Virus record (IMG/VR): IMGVR_UViG_3300042515_002586
Origin: an uncultured virus (IMG/VR IMGVR_UViG_3300042515_002586)
Lineage: Duplodnaviria > Heunggongvirae > Uroviricota > Caudoviricetes
Direction: 5' to 3' (one strand)
DNA: 64,000 nucleotides
The position numbers and the translations under genes were made by a program. The stretch's first letter is position 1, and every line of letters begins with the position of its first letter. Shown in pieces: positions 10,358 through 20,884 of this stretch. The notes beneath the pieces are model-generated. The model searched no databases. It was not told where the DNA came from and saw only the letters and a program-made list of their open reading frames with translations.

Positions 10358-13300
10358 ATGTTTCAACAAACTATAATGCTTAGTAATAAGGAATCTTTAG
10401 AGGGTATTCCCTTTGAAATTAAAAAGATTAGTGATGAGAACATTCAAGTTGTTTTAGCAACAAAGAAGGGAAATCAGACCGTATCTTTTAAACATAATGA
10501 GTTTCGATATTTAATAGGAATTCTTTATGTTAATAATCCTAGAATTGCTAAACTTTCTTTTGATGAGATAGGTAAACAGCTTAAGACTAATAAACAAAAA
10601 GTAATCTTAAGGGTTAGACCTAGTGGTAGGCAACTACACCAAATTGATGTTGGAGAACCCAACACAAACATTTTTATACATGAAGAACCTAAACCAATTG
10701 ATGTTGAGGAAAAGGTTGAAGCATCTTCTGGTGGTGACTGGCCTGATACAACATTAGATGTTAGATTTAAACCTGTAGGTAGTGTAAGGAAACAAGGGTC
10801 TTCATCAACAAGAATAGGTTATGCTGTTTTTGATGTTCCAATTCAGAATACGTCTGAACAAAGAACCACATACCTAGAACAACAGCAAACACTTAGAGAA
10901 TCAGGTACCATTAAAAGAGGTTCTGGTTACTCCCACCAAACATATAATATTTCGTATATCTCCACAGGCACAGAGGAGATACGTAGTTCTGTTCAAGAAG
11001 TTCTTGAACAAGTACTGTTAAACCCTATTGTTTCTTGTCAAGGTGGTCCATTTGGAGAACGTCCAGGTGATGGAGATATTCCTTATCACGAACATATTAT
11101 CAATAACATAACAATTTCTACTGTACCAGAACTTCCTTCTTCTATTGCAGTTGATATAAACATGTCTCCGTTTATGTTCAGTTGGTACTGTCCAAGTTCA
11201 GAAAATAAAGACACATCAACAGGGTTTCAAATAACTTTAGATGATGGTGCTTGTTGGCCATTAGTTAAGTTGTGGGGTAAAACAAGAGGAAGATCAGTCT
11301 ATGATTCACTGTCTTCAAGAGCTTTAAACGGTAAGTTTATTCTTAGTACTCCTGATACTTTAACTATAAATCAAATAGAAAACAATATTAAAAACTCAAA
11401 ACCAGAAGAATTTTTAAGTGAGTACAATACATTTAACGCACTACGAAGAATCTTATCTAATAGTATTGGCGAAGGAAATCTTGGAGATGATATTACAACT
11501 CCAAATATTAAACGAATATCATCAAAAGAACTTGGTAATAAGACTATCTTCTTGGTTAAAACCAGTAACAGAAACTACTTTAGTAAACTTTTACAGTTAA
11601 GTAGTTATGCTGGTTTAGCTGATTGGAATTTATATAAGACACATAACTTTGTTGACGATACAGGTAAGTACCTTCCAGATAGTGGAAATATAGATGCTTC
11701 AAAGATTGCATCCAGGGCTAATACTGTATTAGGTTACACAGATAAACTCCCAGACCAAAAAACATACCCATTCTTAACAATTGCTAAATCTGCTGGACTA
11801 CCTGATGTTGCTATTGGTAAGTATTACGATAATCTTATTGAAACGACAAAAAAGACAAATAACCCTGTTACGGCTACCGATAAAAGAAATGCCGTAAGGT
11901 CACCACAAGAATACTTTGCTGTTGCTATTGAAGTAGTTAATAATGTAGACGCAAGTTTTTTGGCTGTTGTTAATAATATTTTCAAGATTGAGAGTGTTAA
12001 AAGAAAACAAGTTATAAATATTGAAAGAACTGAATACTTAGATGTTATAGAAAAAGCACAAAAAGCAAGTAAGACGGTACTAAGATCAGGATTCTCTGAT
12101 GATGAGAATATCATTGTTGAATCAATTGCTGGTAGTAGAACTTTTGGTGGTGTTCCTACGCATGTGGAAGGTTCTTCTTTACCTGTTCACCAAGTCCTAG
12201 GTTCGGGTAGTTCAGAATTTGTTGTTAGAGGAAAAGTTATTGGTATTTCTGCTAAGAAACAACTTGAAAAGATAAAATCAGATTTTGACCAAAGATGCGT
12301 TAATGTTACTAACTCCCCTTATGGTGGTGGAGTCACAGAAAGCTATGACAGCATCCCATTCCTACAGGTAAATAACAACATCTTCCAACTAATGGGAGTT
12401 GATTTTGTTATGCCTGTAACCCTTAGTTTCAACAATATGCAAGGCTTCCCAGATGTTTGGGAATTTGAAATATTGTTTACTGAGTTTGATCCAAAAGCTC
12501 AAGCAGCTGAAAAGATTAAATTCTTACCAACAACTTTACAGGAACAAGGAAGAGTACTTAACTTCCAAAGACCTGGACCAAACGAACCTGATCCTTTAGT
12601 AGAGAAAGCAGTCGAATACTTCTCTCTACAATACTCATTGGCAAGAGAAGAATTACTTCCAGATATGCGGCTTCCTACAAAGGGAGAACTAAACTCATGG
12701 ATTGATATTCTTAGAGAAGAAGCTATTAGAAGAAATAGTGGTAGACCTGCTCAAGACCTTACTGAGTACGAACTATCTATTATTGATATCTGTGAAGATT
12801 TCCTTTCTATTAGACAAAGAAGAGAGCAAATAGCAAAATTTATTTCTAGTACAGAAGCAGAGATTTCTTATAGTGAATATAATAATGGGCTGTGGGCTGA
12901 CTCAGATTTTTATATTTGTTACAACCCTGATTCTCTGTGGGGTGCATTATTAGACAGGGCGGCAGATGCCCAGTTTGGTGGTATTGATAAAGATTTAAGA
13001 CCAAAAGCGATTGCCGACAACGATTTTAAGAGAGGTATTGCTTATAGAGAGTATGACCCTATCTTTAATATCTATACAAACTATAGTAAAGATTATTTAT
13101 CTAGTGGTGTTGAAGATTATGAAAAACAGATTAACAAGGCTATAGATAATTCTGAACCAAAAGAAAACGTTCAATATGCTACTCAATTACTTAAAAAAAC
13201 TAATGAAGGGTACAACTCTACTGAGGGTGCTTGGTGGAATGTTACAACTGTTGGTACTGATGACAGACAAGGCTACACATTAGAAAATGAAGAGTACCTA

Positions 13301-16300
13301 AATGGTCCAGGTAATAATGCTTTTATTACGAATGTAATTAACCAAAATACAAATAAAGATGAGCTTACTGGTGCTAGATTAGAAAATACAATGCTGGCTA
13401 AAGACTACTTTAGTTTTGCATGGAGAATTAGAAAATTAAAAGAAGCCGCAGATTTTGGTCTACAGAGAAGATCTCTTTATAAGTTAAAAGGTGAATCACT
13501 TGTGTCTCACTTCCTGGTCCCAATTCCGCCTAGAGCCACGGCTGGTGTTGACTATTTAGATGGTGTGTTTGATGCTTTTAATGCAGTATTATCTGGAATA
13601 AGTGGACTATTTGGTGAAGAGTATAAAAAAGCAGGTGAAGTAGTAAGAGATATGGCAAGCAATATTTTGTTTGGCGAACCTGTTTATAATGATCTTAACT
13701 CTGATACTCTTAAATCTCTTCCAGAAGAATTCCCAATCTTATTAAGTTACTTTAGGAAAAGAGAAAGAGAAGGTAAAGAACCTACATGGGAACCATTAAT
13801 TGACCTGATAAAGAAAACAACTTTTGATGACAAGTTTAATTGGAGATCAACATATCAGAAAACAGCAATTCAATCTTCTAATTATGCTTACTACTTAGCT
13901 AATCAAAACAAAAAACCAGATGTTTATAGTCCATCAGGTGTTGATCCAACAATAGCAATGTTAGAATCAGCATATGTATTTGATTATTATGCAAGTAAAT
14001 ATAAGATTGATCCAAACGTTATTAGAGGTTTTGTACTAAGAAGATCAGGGTTTGGTTTAAATAGAATTGCCGCAGTTGGTGATGGTGGGTATTTTAATCT
14101 ATCCTTAGAAGAAATCAAAGCAAACCCAGATTTTAATGCACAGGTTGAACTTATATGTTCTGTATATTCTGGTTACTTAAAGAAGTACCAGAATAATGCA
14201 ACCATTGCATTAATAGCAACTCACCTAAGATTAACCTCTATTGGTAGATCTAAGTTTTGGGTAGGTACTGGATTCAATAAAGAGTTTGAAGCTGAACTTA
14301 ATAGGGCAGCAGCTAATCTTTCAGTAGAAAGATATGGTACTCAAGCAAGAAATACTATTAAGAAATTAATGCAAGCTGTTGGACAACCCAACTCAGCTAT
14401 TATTGATGATTATTGGATTGGGTATATTGAAGTTTCAAGAGTTCTTGGTTCTGCAATCCACCCATCATTTACAGATCAATATGACCTTATGTTTAATCCG
14501 TTTAACGCATACATCTTAGTTGATAATGCTAATAACACAGTAAACATAGCTACAAATCAAACCCCAAGCGGAGAAAGAGTCAGAATTTCTGATCAAAGAC
14601 AAGTAGTAACTAGGTTAACTGTTGGTGCAAGACTAGCTGAACAGGTAAATCTAACTGCCGAAGAAGCTACACTTATTAGACTTAAAGTTGATTTTGGTAT
14701 AATCCCCCACAGTGAAAATGCTATATACTCATCTATGGTTGATGTTCGTAGATTTGGGTTGTGGGGAAGATTAGCTCAAGCATACCCTACATTTAAAGTT
14801 CTAATTATTAATGAAGGGTTTTACTTTGCAGAAGGTAACTTAAAGTTATGGGATCAGTTCTACACAAGAGGTGGTATATCTTCAATTGAAGTCTTTAAAA
14901 CTAAAACAGACCCGTCTCATAAAGCTTTTGTAACTTTCTCTAATATGTTTACAGCTTTAACAAGGTACTCTCAGGTAGAGGCTTTGAGACAGAAAATTGC
15001 TGTTGATAGTGTTAACGCAAACCAGAGAAGTATTAACCCAATAGTTGGTGCAGGTGTGGTTGCTGGAAGGGTTTGGGATAATATCATTACCAAGACACCT
15101 AACAAAGATCTTCTTAGATTGTGGCAGAAAAACCATCTTGAAATGCTTGCTCTAAATCCAGGGGCAAGAATTCAAATAAGGATGGGCTATAACTCAAATG
15201 CAGCTGAATTACCAGTTGTATTTAATGGTAGGATTTTGAATGTACCTGTAGGTAATGGGTTTGTTAATGTTGAGTGTGATGGTGATGGTTGGGAACTCCA
15301 ACAACCTATTGTTGATGGATTACAAAAAACTCACGATGGTGGTTTAGGTTATCAAAGTCCTACAGGTTTTGCAGGAACAGGAACTGAACCTGCTTACATT
15401 ATTGCCCAAACTATGGTTCCTAATGACATAGCTGGTAATATAGCTGGTGTAGTCACTGGTGGTAGGTATGGTAAGAGGTGTGTAACGCCACACTTTGGTG
15501 ACGTGTATTATTCTGGACTTACATACCACACTCCTGAATTATTTATGAATATGTATGGTGCAGGAAAAGGATTGATGTACCAACAATTTAATTGGTTGAG
15601 TGAAATTGCCAGCAAGAATGCAATTTATAATTGGGCTGGTACTACTCTAATTTCTGTTAGTGTTAAAGAACCTTCTGTTTGGAAGACTGCTAACGTATGT
15701 AGAATGGCAGTAATGGATTTTGTTACAGCAGTAGAACCATTCCATACAAGATCAACCCTCTTCTTTGGTGGTTGGTGGTATCCATTTAATTATGCTTATG
15801 ACCCATCTATTCTAAAATACCAAAGACCCCCTTTGTTGGAAAACGAAGAAACTACAAATACTAAACCACTTTTGCCCCAGGTTGCTGCATATTTAAAGGC
15901 TACTAATTCAAAAGATATTGTCCTGAAAGTATTAGAGAGGAATGAAGTTGAACCAGGATTTGTTCAGGGGTCAGTTCTTGGAGATCTTGTACAGTATGTT
16001 ACATTAAAACGAGCAGACGGAGATATTGTGAGAGCCAGATTCTCCGTATCACCAAAGTTTGGTCCTGATCAAATAAATCAGAATCCGAGATTGGTAACAG
16101 TATCTTATGTAACCGATTTTAAAAACATTGAAAACACTTCTGATAAACAAGCTGAACTATTAAAAGATGTTAATAACTACACAAAACACCTTAAATGGAA
16201 ATGTTACACCCAAGTATGGCCAGCAATTACTGGTTTAAACTTGCTGTCAAATTCAATATCTAGTGATGCTTCAACAGTCTTTACTGACGCAACAGGTGTT

Positions 16301-18262
16301 AATACTTTTAATGGTGTGGCTTCAACAGATCACATGTCTAGAACATTAACCTATAGTGTTGATAGTGATATCCAACCAGCAGAAAGAAAAACTTTACTTG
16401 TTGATACTGGATTATATGTAACAGCCGCTCAAAAAGGTTATTACGAATCTTTTAAAGATGCTGTTGGTAAGTTTGTACCTGTTGTGGGTGACTCATTACA
16501 AGGAGTACCAGATACTCCAGCAGTGGAAAACTCTGTTCTAACTGGTTTGTGTGATACAGTTAAAACTATGTATTCTGGGGTGTTCTCTATTCAAGGACAA
16601 GCATGTATTAAACCAAATGATATTGTCTTATTGAATGATACTATTAATAGTCTTGAAGGTCCTTTGTTTGTAAGAAACGTTACACACATTTTAAACTCAG
16701 AAAGGGGGTTTGTCACTATGATAACTCCAGATTGTGTTGCACTTCCATTTACTAGCGTACAAGGAACAAAACTAGTTACTGCTTTATCAGTTGGACCTGT
16801 AAATAAAGTAGGTCAATACATGGTTGGAAGGGCAGTAACAACAGTTGTAGCAGCATACTTAACTAAGAAACTATATATGCCTTTCAACATGAGGGTTGCG
16901 GAACTTAACCAAGCCCTAGAAGTTTTAGGTTCTAGTGAATTAAATACTAAGTTCTATGCTAATTCTCTGTCAGAAATCAGAGAAAAACTTCTTTCTGAGA
17001 TTGATTTGGAATTGAAGAAGCCTATTTTACTCAGACCATTTTATGGGGCAAAAAGAAGAAAACAATTAAACGAACTAAAAAGAATTCTTAATGACAAATC
17101 AAGTAATAACTTATTTGATATTTTAAGACGATCAAGAGACTTAGACCTTGAGTTACCAGCTTTAAGACTAGCATCTGGCCTACAGAAAAAGGTTTTAAAC
17201 ATCGCTGTAGAAAGTCAACTTTATTATGTTGATCTTCTAAAAGAGTTAGGAGCTAAGTTTGAAGACACATTAGATAGAGATAAAGTTATTGAGATTGCTG
17301 ATAGTATTGTGGCAAAAAGACTCAAGGACCAGCTTAAATTAATAGAACCAGAAATTAAAGAAGAGATAAAAAATGCCTATGAATTAATTGCTAAGAGGGC
17401 AGAACAAATTAAAGAAGCTGAAACTGCTTATAATGCAGCTACTACAGTTGAAGGAAAAATAGTTCTTGAAAAGAGACTGAATGATCTTTTAAAAGACGTT
17501 GAAAGTTTAAACTATATGATTGAAACAGACTTACCTAATGATGCGGGTAGGTTGAATGACTTTATTAAGGAACTAGATACTGTTGAGTTACTTACTGATC
17601 GAAAAGGTTTAACAGCACAACAATTTACTGCTGCTCAGGCAGCTGGTATTGCAACTGCCGATGATGAACTGAAAGCTGTTGTAAGGGAAGCCTCTAATCC
17701 TGTTAGATTAGTTGAAAGAATTAAAATTGCTGAGAATGCGCTTAAAGCAACAGGACAAAAAGTTGATGATTTTCTAGCTGCTAAGGAGTTGGGAGTTGTT
17801 TTCAAAAATGAAAAAGTCGCCATAGCTGCAAGTAGAATGAAGAAAGTAATTGCTCCGTCTATTAAAGCAGTATCATGGCTATCTCCTGCTATTGTTTTAA
17901 GGGCTGCTGTTGAGGTTATTAGGTTTACAGTTGGTGCTTCTATTATAGACTATGCTAACTCTACACTAAGAGCTAGACAAGCTGTAACAATTATTCCTCT
18001 GAGAACAAGAGATAGTAATGGTACATCCCTTCCTTATGTTGCTGGTATTAGAGGACACCAAGGTTGTGTTGTAGGAGATGATCTATCTATTTTTGATAAT
18101 TTCTTGGGTGGTTGGTTAGGTGGACAACATGATGGTCTAGCGGCTAAAGGTACAACTATCTTAGCGGCTCTAGTTGGTATAGAAGTTCCAGATTATGGCC
18201 ACACACAATCTGACACTGAATACTTAAAGAGGATTAAAAATATAGGAGCTAAAAATGAATGA
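10358..18262 (+). CDS. Giant (2634 aa) tail/baseplate-hub-like protein with a degenerate SLT transglycosylase domain
   Basis: Hub-like segments GARIQIRMGY...VVFNGRI and IKPNDIVLLND...VRNVTHILNSERGFVT; SLT-like segment at about 13980-14260; coiled-coil and hydrophobic C-terminus. Confidence 0.65.
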   Translation: MFQQTIMLSNKESLEGIPFEIKKISDENIQVVLATKKGNQTVSFKHNEFRYLIGILYVNNPRIAKLSFDEIGKQLKTNKQKVILRVRPSGRQLHQIDVGEPNTNIFIHEEPKPIDVEEKVEASSGGDWPDTTLDVRFKPVGSVRKQGSSSTRIGYAVFDVPIQNTSEQRTTYLEQQQTLRESGTIKRGSGYSHQTYNISYISTGTEEIRSSVQEVLEQVLLNPIVSCQGGPFGERPGDGDIPYHEHIINNITISTVPELPSSIAVDINMSPFMFSWYCPSSENKDTSTGFQITLDDGACWPLVKLWGKTRGRSVYDSLSSRALNGKFILSTPDTLTINQIENNIKNSKPEEFLSEYNTFNALRRILSNSIGEGNLGDDITTPNIKRISSKELGNKTIFLVKTSNRNYFSKLLQLSSYAGLADWNLYKTHNFVDDTGKYLPDSGNIDASKIASRANTVLGYTDKLPDQKTYPFLTIAKSAGLPDVAIGKYYDNLIETTKKTNNPVTATDKRNAVRSPQEYFAVAIEVVNNVDASFLAVVNNIFKIESVKRKQVINIERTEYLDVIEKAQKASKTVLRSGFSDDENIIVESIAGSRTFGGVPTHVEGSSLPVHQVLGSGSSEFVVRGKVIGISAKKQLEKIKSDFDQRCVNVTNSPYGGGVTESYDSIPFLQVNNNIFQLMGVDFVMPVTLSFNNMQGFPDVWEFEILFTEFDPKAQAAEKIKFLPTTLQEQGRVLNFQRPGPNEPDPLVEKAVEYFSLQYSLAREELLPDMRLPTKGELNSWIDILREEAIRRNSGRPAQDLTEYELSIIDICEDFLSIRQRREQIAKFISSTEAEISYSEYNNGLWADSDFYICYNPDSLWGALLDRAADAQFGGIDKDLRPKAIADNDFKRGIAYREYDPIFNIYTNYSKDYLSSGVEDYEKQINKAIDNSEPKENVQYATQLLKKTNEGYNSTEGAWWNVTTVGTDDRQGYTLENEEYLNGPGNNAFITNVINQNTNKDELTGARLENTMLAKDYFSFAWRIRKLKEAADFGLQRRSLYKLKGESLVSHFLVPIPPRATAGVDYLDGVFDAFNAVLSGISGLFGEEYKKAGEVVRDMASNILFGEPVYNDLNSDTLKSLPEEFPILLSYFRKREREGKEPTWEPLIDLIKKTTFDDKFNWRSTYQKTAIQSSNYAYYLANQNKKPDVYSPSGVDPTIAMLESAYVFDYYASKYKIDPNVIRGFVLRRSGFGLNRIAAVGDGGYFNLSLEEIKANPDFNAQVELICSVYSGYLKKYQNNATIALIATHLRLTSIGRSKFWVGTGFNKEFEAELNRAAANLSVERYGTQARNTIKKLMQAVGQPNSAIIDDYWIGYIEVSRVLGSAIHPSFTDQYDLMFNPFNAYILVDNANNTVNIATNQTPSGERVRISDQRQVVTRLTVGARLAEQVNLTAEEATLIRLKVDFGIIPHSENAIYSSMVDVRRFGLWGRLAQAYPTFKVLIINEGFYFAEGNLKLWDQFYTRGGISSIEVFKTKTDPSHKAFVTFSNMFTALTRYSQVEALRQKIAVDSVNANQRSINPIVGAGVVAGRVWDNIITKTPNKDLLRLWQKNHLEMLALNPGARIQIRMGYNSNAAELPVVFNGRILNVPVGNGFVNVECDGDGWELQQPIVDGLQKTHDGGLGYQSPTGFAGTGTEPAYIIAQTMVPNDIAGNIAGVVTGGRYGKRCVTPHFGDVYYSGLTYHTPELFMNMYGAGKGLMYQQFNWLSEIASKNAIYNWAGTTLISVSVKEPSVWKTANVCRMAVMDFVTAVEPFHTRSTLFFGGWWYPFNYAYDPSILKYQRPPLLENEETTNTKPLLPQVAAYLKATNSKDIVLKVLERNEVEPGFVQGSVLGDLVQYVTLKRADGDIVRARFSVSPKFGPDQINQNPRLVTVSYVTDFKNIENTSDKQAELLKDVNNYTKHLKWKCYTQVWPAITGLNLLSNSISSDASTVFTDATGVNTFNGVASTDHMSRTLTYSVDSDIQPAERKTLLVDTGLYVTAAQKGYYESFKDAVGKFVPVVGDSLQGVPDTPAVENSVLTGLCDTVKTMYSGVFSIQGQACIKPNDIVLLNDTINSLEGPLFVRNVTHILNSERGFVTMITPDCVALPFTSVQGTKLVTALSVGPVNKVGQYMVGRAVTTVVAAYLTKKLYMPFNMRVAELNQALEVLGSSELNTKFYANSLSEIREKLLSEIDLELKKPILLRPFYGAKRRKQLNELKRILNDKSSNNLFDILRRSRDLDLELPALRLASGLQKKVLNIAVESQLYYVDLLKELGAKFEDTLDRDKVIEIADSIVAKRLKDQLKLIEPEIKEEIKNAYELIAKRAEQIKEAETAYNAATTVEGKIVLEKRLNDLLKDVESLNYMIETDLPNDAGRLNDFIKELDTVELLTDRKGLTAQQFTAAQAAGIATADDELKAVVREASNPVRLVERIKIAENALKATGQKVDDFLAAKELGVVFKNEKVAIAASRMKKVIAPSIKAVSWLSPAIVLRAAVEVIRFTVGASIIDYANSTLRARQAVTIIPLRTRDSNGTSLPYVAGIRGHQGCVVGDDLSIFDNFLGGWLGGQHDGLAAKGTTILAALVGIEVPDYGHTQSDTEYLKRIKNIGAKNE

Positions 18263-18932
18263 AAATTTTAGTAGTATAATTCCAGAAGACCCTTCACACC
18301 TTGAAAAGCTCCTTGAAAGGTATTTATTTGAACAACGTGCAAATATGGGGTTTGAAAGTAAACTCCCATATGGTCCAACAAATAATTACTTCCAGGCTGT
18401 AGGTAATGCTTTTCAACAAATAATCAATGCTGCAAATGGGCCAACAAATAACAACACTCCTGTAAATACTAATCCCATACCTAAAACAAAGAAAGACTTT
18501 ATTGATAAAATACTTCCAGGAGCTAAAAAAACTTTTGAACTATACAATATTCCTGTAGCTGTTATACTTGCACAAGCGTGTGAAGAAAGCGGTTGGGGTA
18601 AAAGTGATTTAGCTTCTAAATATAATAACTTGTTTGGTATTAAAGGTTCTGGACCTGCTGGTACAATTGCTTTAAGAACAAGAGAAGGATCGGGTAGTAA
18701 TCAGTTTGTTACTACAGCAAACTTTAGGGTTTACCATAACTGGGAAGAAAGTATTATGGATCATGGAAGATTTCTTACAGGACCAAGGTATAAGAAACAA
18801 GGCATTGGTAAATTACAAAATGCAGATGACGTAGCTAGAGCTTTACAGGCAGCTGGATATGCTGGTACAAATACAGAATACGCATCTAAATTAATTAATT
18901 TAATGAGAACTAATAATCTGTATCAATATTAA
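18255..18932 (+). CDS. GH73 glucosaminidase/FlgJ-like peptidoglycan hydrolase, probably virion-associated
   Basis: AQACEESGWG, NNLFGIK, FRVY and GYA...YA motifs; AGGAG SD. Confidence 0.92.
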   Translation: MNENFSSIIPEDPSHLEKLLERYLFEQRANMGFESKLPYGPTNNYFQAVGNAFQQIINAANGPTNNNTPVNTNPIPKTKKDFIDKILPGAKKTFELYNIPVAVILAQACEESGWGKSDLASKYNNLFGIKGSGPAGTIALRTREGSGSNQFVTTANFRVYHNWEESIMDHGRFLTGPRYKKQGIGKLQNADDVARALQAAGYAGTNTEYASKLINLMRTNNLYQY

Positions 18933-18933
18933 T

Positions 18934-19638
18934 ATGGAACAATTTTCATCAAATATCCCTCCAGACATGGATGAATTAGAAGCTACTTTTACAAGGTATT
19001 TGTATGAGCAGCGATCAAATATGGGTTTTGGTAAGGAATTAAGCTACCAATCATTGAGAGATTCCCAGGGCATATCTGATATGCTTGGATTGTCTTTTGA
19101 TGACCCAGAAGAGTTTGCTGAAGTACCACAAGAAAATACAATTCAATCAAGTACAAACTACCCTACAGGTAAAAGACCCTCTGCTTGGGGTGGTTATAGT
19201 AATGGTAGGTTGCCATTATCTGCACTAAAAGCCATAGGTAAAAGAAGTACGAGAACAGCAGAATATAAAGGTTTTCATTGGTTAAGACCTGATGCCGCTG
19301 ACGCATGGTTAAAACTAATGGAGCATGCAAGAAAAGATGGTGTTCGTTTAACTGTTACATCAGCATATAGAACCTATAATCACCAAGCATCAATAGGTGG
19401 TGGAAGAGCAGCTAAACCAGGAAGGTCACCGCATGGTTGGGCATTGGCAGTAGATATTGCTGAACTATATTTTAGTGGTTCAAGAGCACAATCAGTAGCA
19501 GGTTCAGCAAGAATGCGCCAAACACCTACATACAAGTGGATGGATAGAGTTGGTAGACAGTATGGTTGGGAAAACCCACCTCTTTTGAGAGATGGGCGTT
19601 CGCTAGACGAGAGCTGGCACTGGGAATTTGTTGGTTAA
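18934..19638 (+). CDS. M15-family (VanY-like) zinc peptidase
   Basis: SAYR, SPHGWALAVD (SxHxxxxAxD) and ESWH (ExWH) motifs. Confidence 0.92.
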   Translation: MEQFSSNIPPDMDELEATFTRYLYEQRSNMGFGKELSYQSLRDSQGISDMLGLSFDDPEEFAEVPQENTIQSSTNYPTGKRPSAWGGYSNGRLPLSALKAIGKRSTRTAEYKGFHWLRPDAADAWLKLMEHARKDGVRLTVTSAYRTYNHQASIGGGRAAKPGRSPHGWALAVDIAELYFSGSRAQSVAGSARMRQTPTYKWMDRVGRQYGWENPPLLRDGRSLDESWHWEFVG

Positions 19639-19643
19639 TTATT

Positions 19644-20345
19644 ATGAGCGACTATAAAGATCAATTAGATAAGAATAATATAAAGAATATTAGAGAGAAC
19701 TTAACATATACTAGCGGTATTTTGGTAAATGCTGGTGATGTCGTTGCAGAGTTTGCCAAGAGTCCTTGGATGAGGTCTACGACTAGTATTAATCTTTATA
19801 GTGAGGAGAGTTGGGCACAGAAAGCTAAAGCATCTAAAATAGGTTTTGCAGTTGTTTGTAGAAGTTCTGAAGGGGTGGATTATCGTACCATATTCAACCC
19901 TAAAGTTTCTTGGGCTGGTCTAGCTGGCAATACTGGAAAAACCGGTGACTTTAATTCTGAGCTTCTTCGTGATAATTTTATTGAGGCAGAAATTAACTTT
20001 GCAGCTGGTAGAATACAAATGCCTACTATTATTGCTGGTAGGACCAAGAAGCAACCTAGAGGTGGTACTTTAACAAACGATGTTGGTACACCTGCACCTA
20101 TGGTTGGGGACATAGGACCAACACCTGAAGGCAGTAAACTTGGAGCACAACAAGTACCTGAAAACTGGAAAAGTAATAAAGAAAAACCACAAACACCTGG
20201 TTTAACAAAAACCTCTCAGGGGACTAATAATGCAACTGGTACTTCTTTATTCTTACCATCAGTATTAGATAAAATAAATAAACCAAATACAGGAAACATT
20301 GTTAAGCCAATGAATCCGTTTGGGCCAGGGACAACAATAAAATGA
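19644..20345 (+). CDS. Hypothetical baseplate-region protein
   Basis: In-frame ATG at 19644 just after the previous stop, preferred to the track start 19566; Pro/Thr-rich C-terminus. Confidence 0.7.
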   Translation: MSDYKDQLDKNNIKNIRENLTYTSGILVNAGDVVAEFAKSPWMRSTTSINLYSEESWAQKAKASKIGFAVVCRSSEGVDYRTIFNPKVSWAGLAGNTGKTGDFNSELLRDNFIEAEINFAAGRIQMPTIIAGRTKKQPRGGTLTNDVGTPAPMVGDIGPTPEGSKLGAQQVPENWKSNKEKPQTPGLTKTSQGTNNATGTSLFLPSVLDKINKPNTGNIVKPMNPFGPGTTIK

Positions 20346-20884
20346 GTTTAAGTATGTTTGATCAAACAAGGATAGCTATTGATAGGTATAGTGAAGAAGT
20401 TACGAATGATACTATACGATCAAATCAATTAACTTATTCAGATAGTGATATTGGATTAAGACACCCTGATCTTCCTGTAGGTGCTATATTTAGAGATCAA
20501 GGTCAGTTTGATATCTATGCTGGACAGGTAAGAATGCTTGGGGACATGAGTGGTGGATTATACCTTCTTTCTAATTCAACTATTGTAACCTCTAAGTTTA
20601 TTTCATTTCCAAATACTGATTGGTTTTCATTACCTGTAGGTAATAAAGTTTTTAATCCCAAAATAAATGAAGACTATAATGTTTTACTAATTAAAAAAGA
20701 TGTTGATATTAGTAAAATATATGTTATGGATGATACAACAAGAGTTATTCCAGAAACAGGGGAAATTATAAATAAAAAGCCCCTATCTAATTACTGCAAT
20801 AATGATACTTTATTTGTTGATTATGATTTAGTAGACTCACCAGAAATGGATCACTTAACTTATTACATGGAGAACTTAAAATGA
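20342..20884 (+). CDS. Hypothetical baseplate-region protein
   Basis: ATGA-coupled on both sides; immediately precedes the gp25-like gene. Confidence 0.7.
   Translation: MSLSMFDQTRIAIDRYSEEVTNDTIRSNQLTYSDSDIGLRHPDLPVGAIFRDQGQFDIYAGQVRMLGDMSGGLYLLSNSTIVTSKFISFPNTDWFSLPVGNKVFNPKINEDYNVLLIKKDVDISKIYVMDDTTRVIPETGEIINKKPLSNYCNNDTLFVDYDLVDSPEMDHLTYYMENLK

Noticed and set aside
18934..19638. vanY vancomycin-resistance gene
   Set aside because: Only the M15 fold is shared; there is no van cluster, and the context and N-terminal tag point to a virion hydrolase
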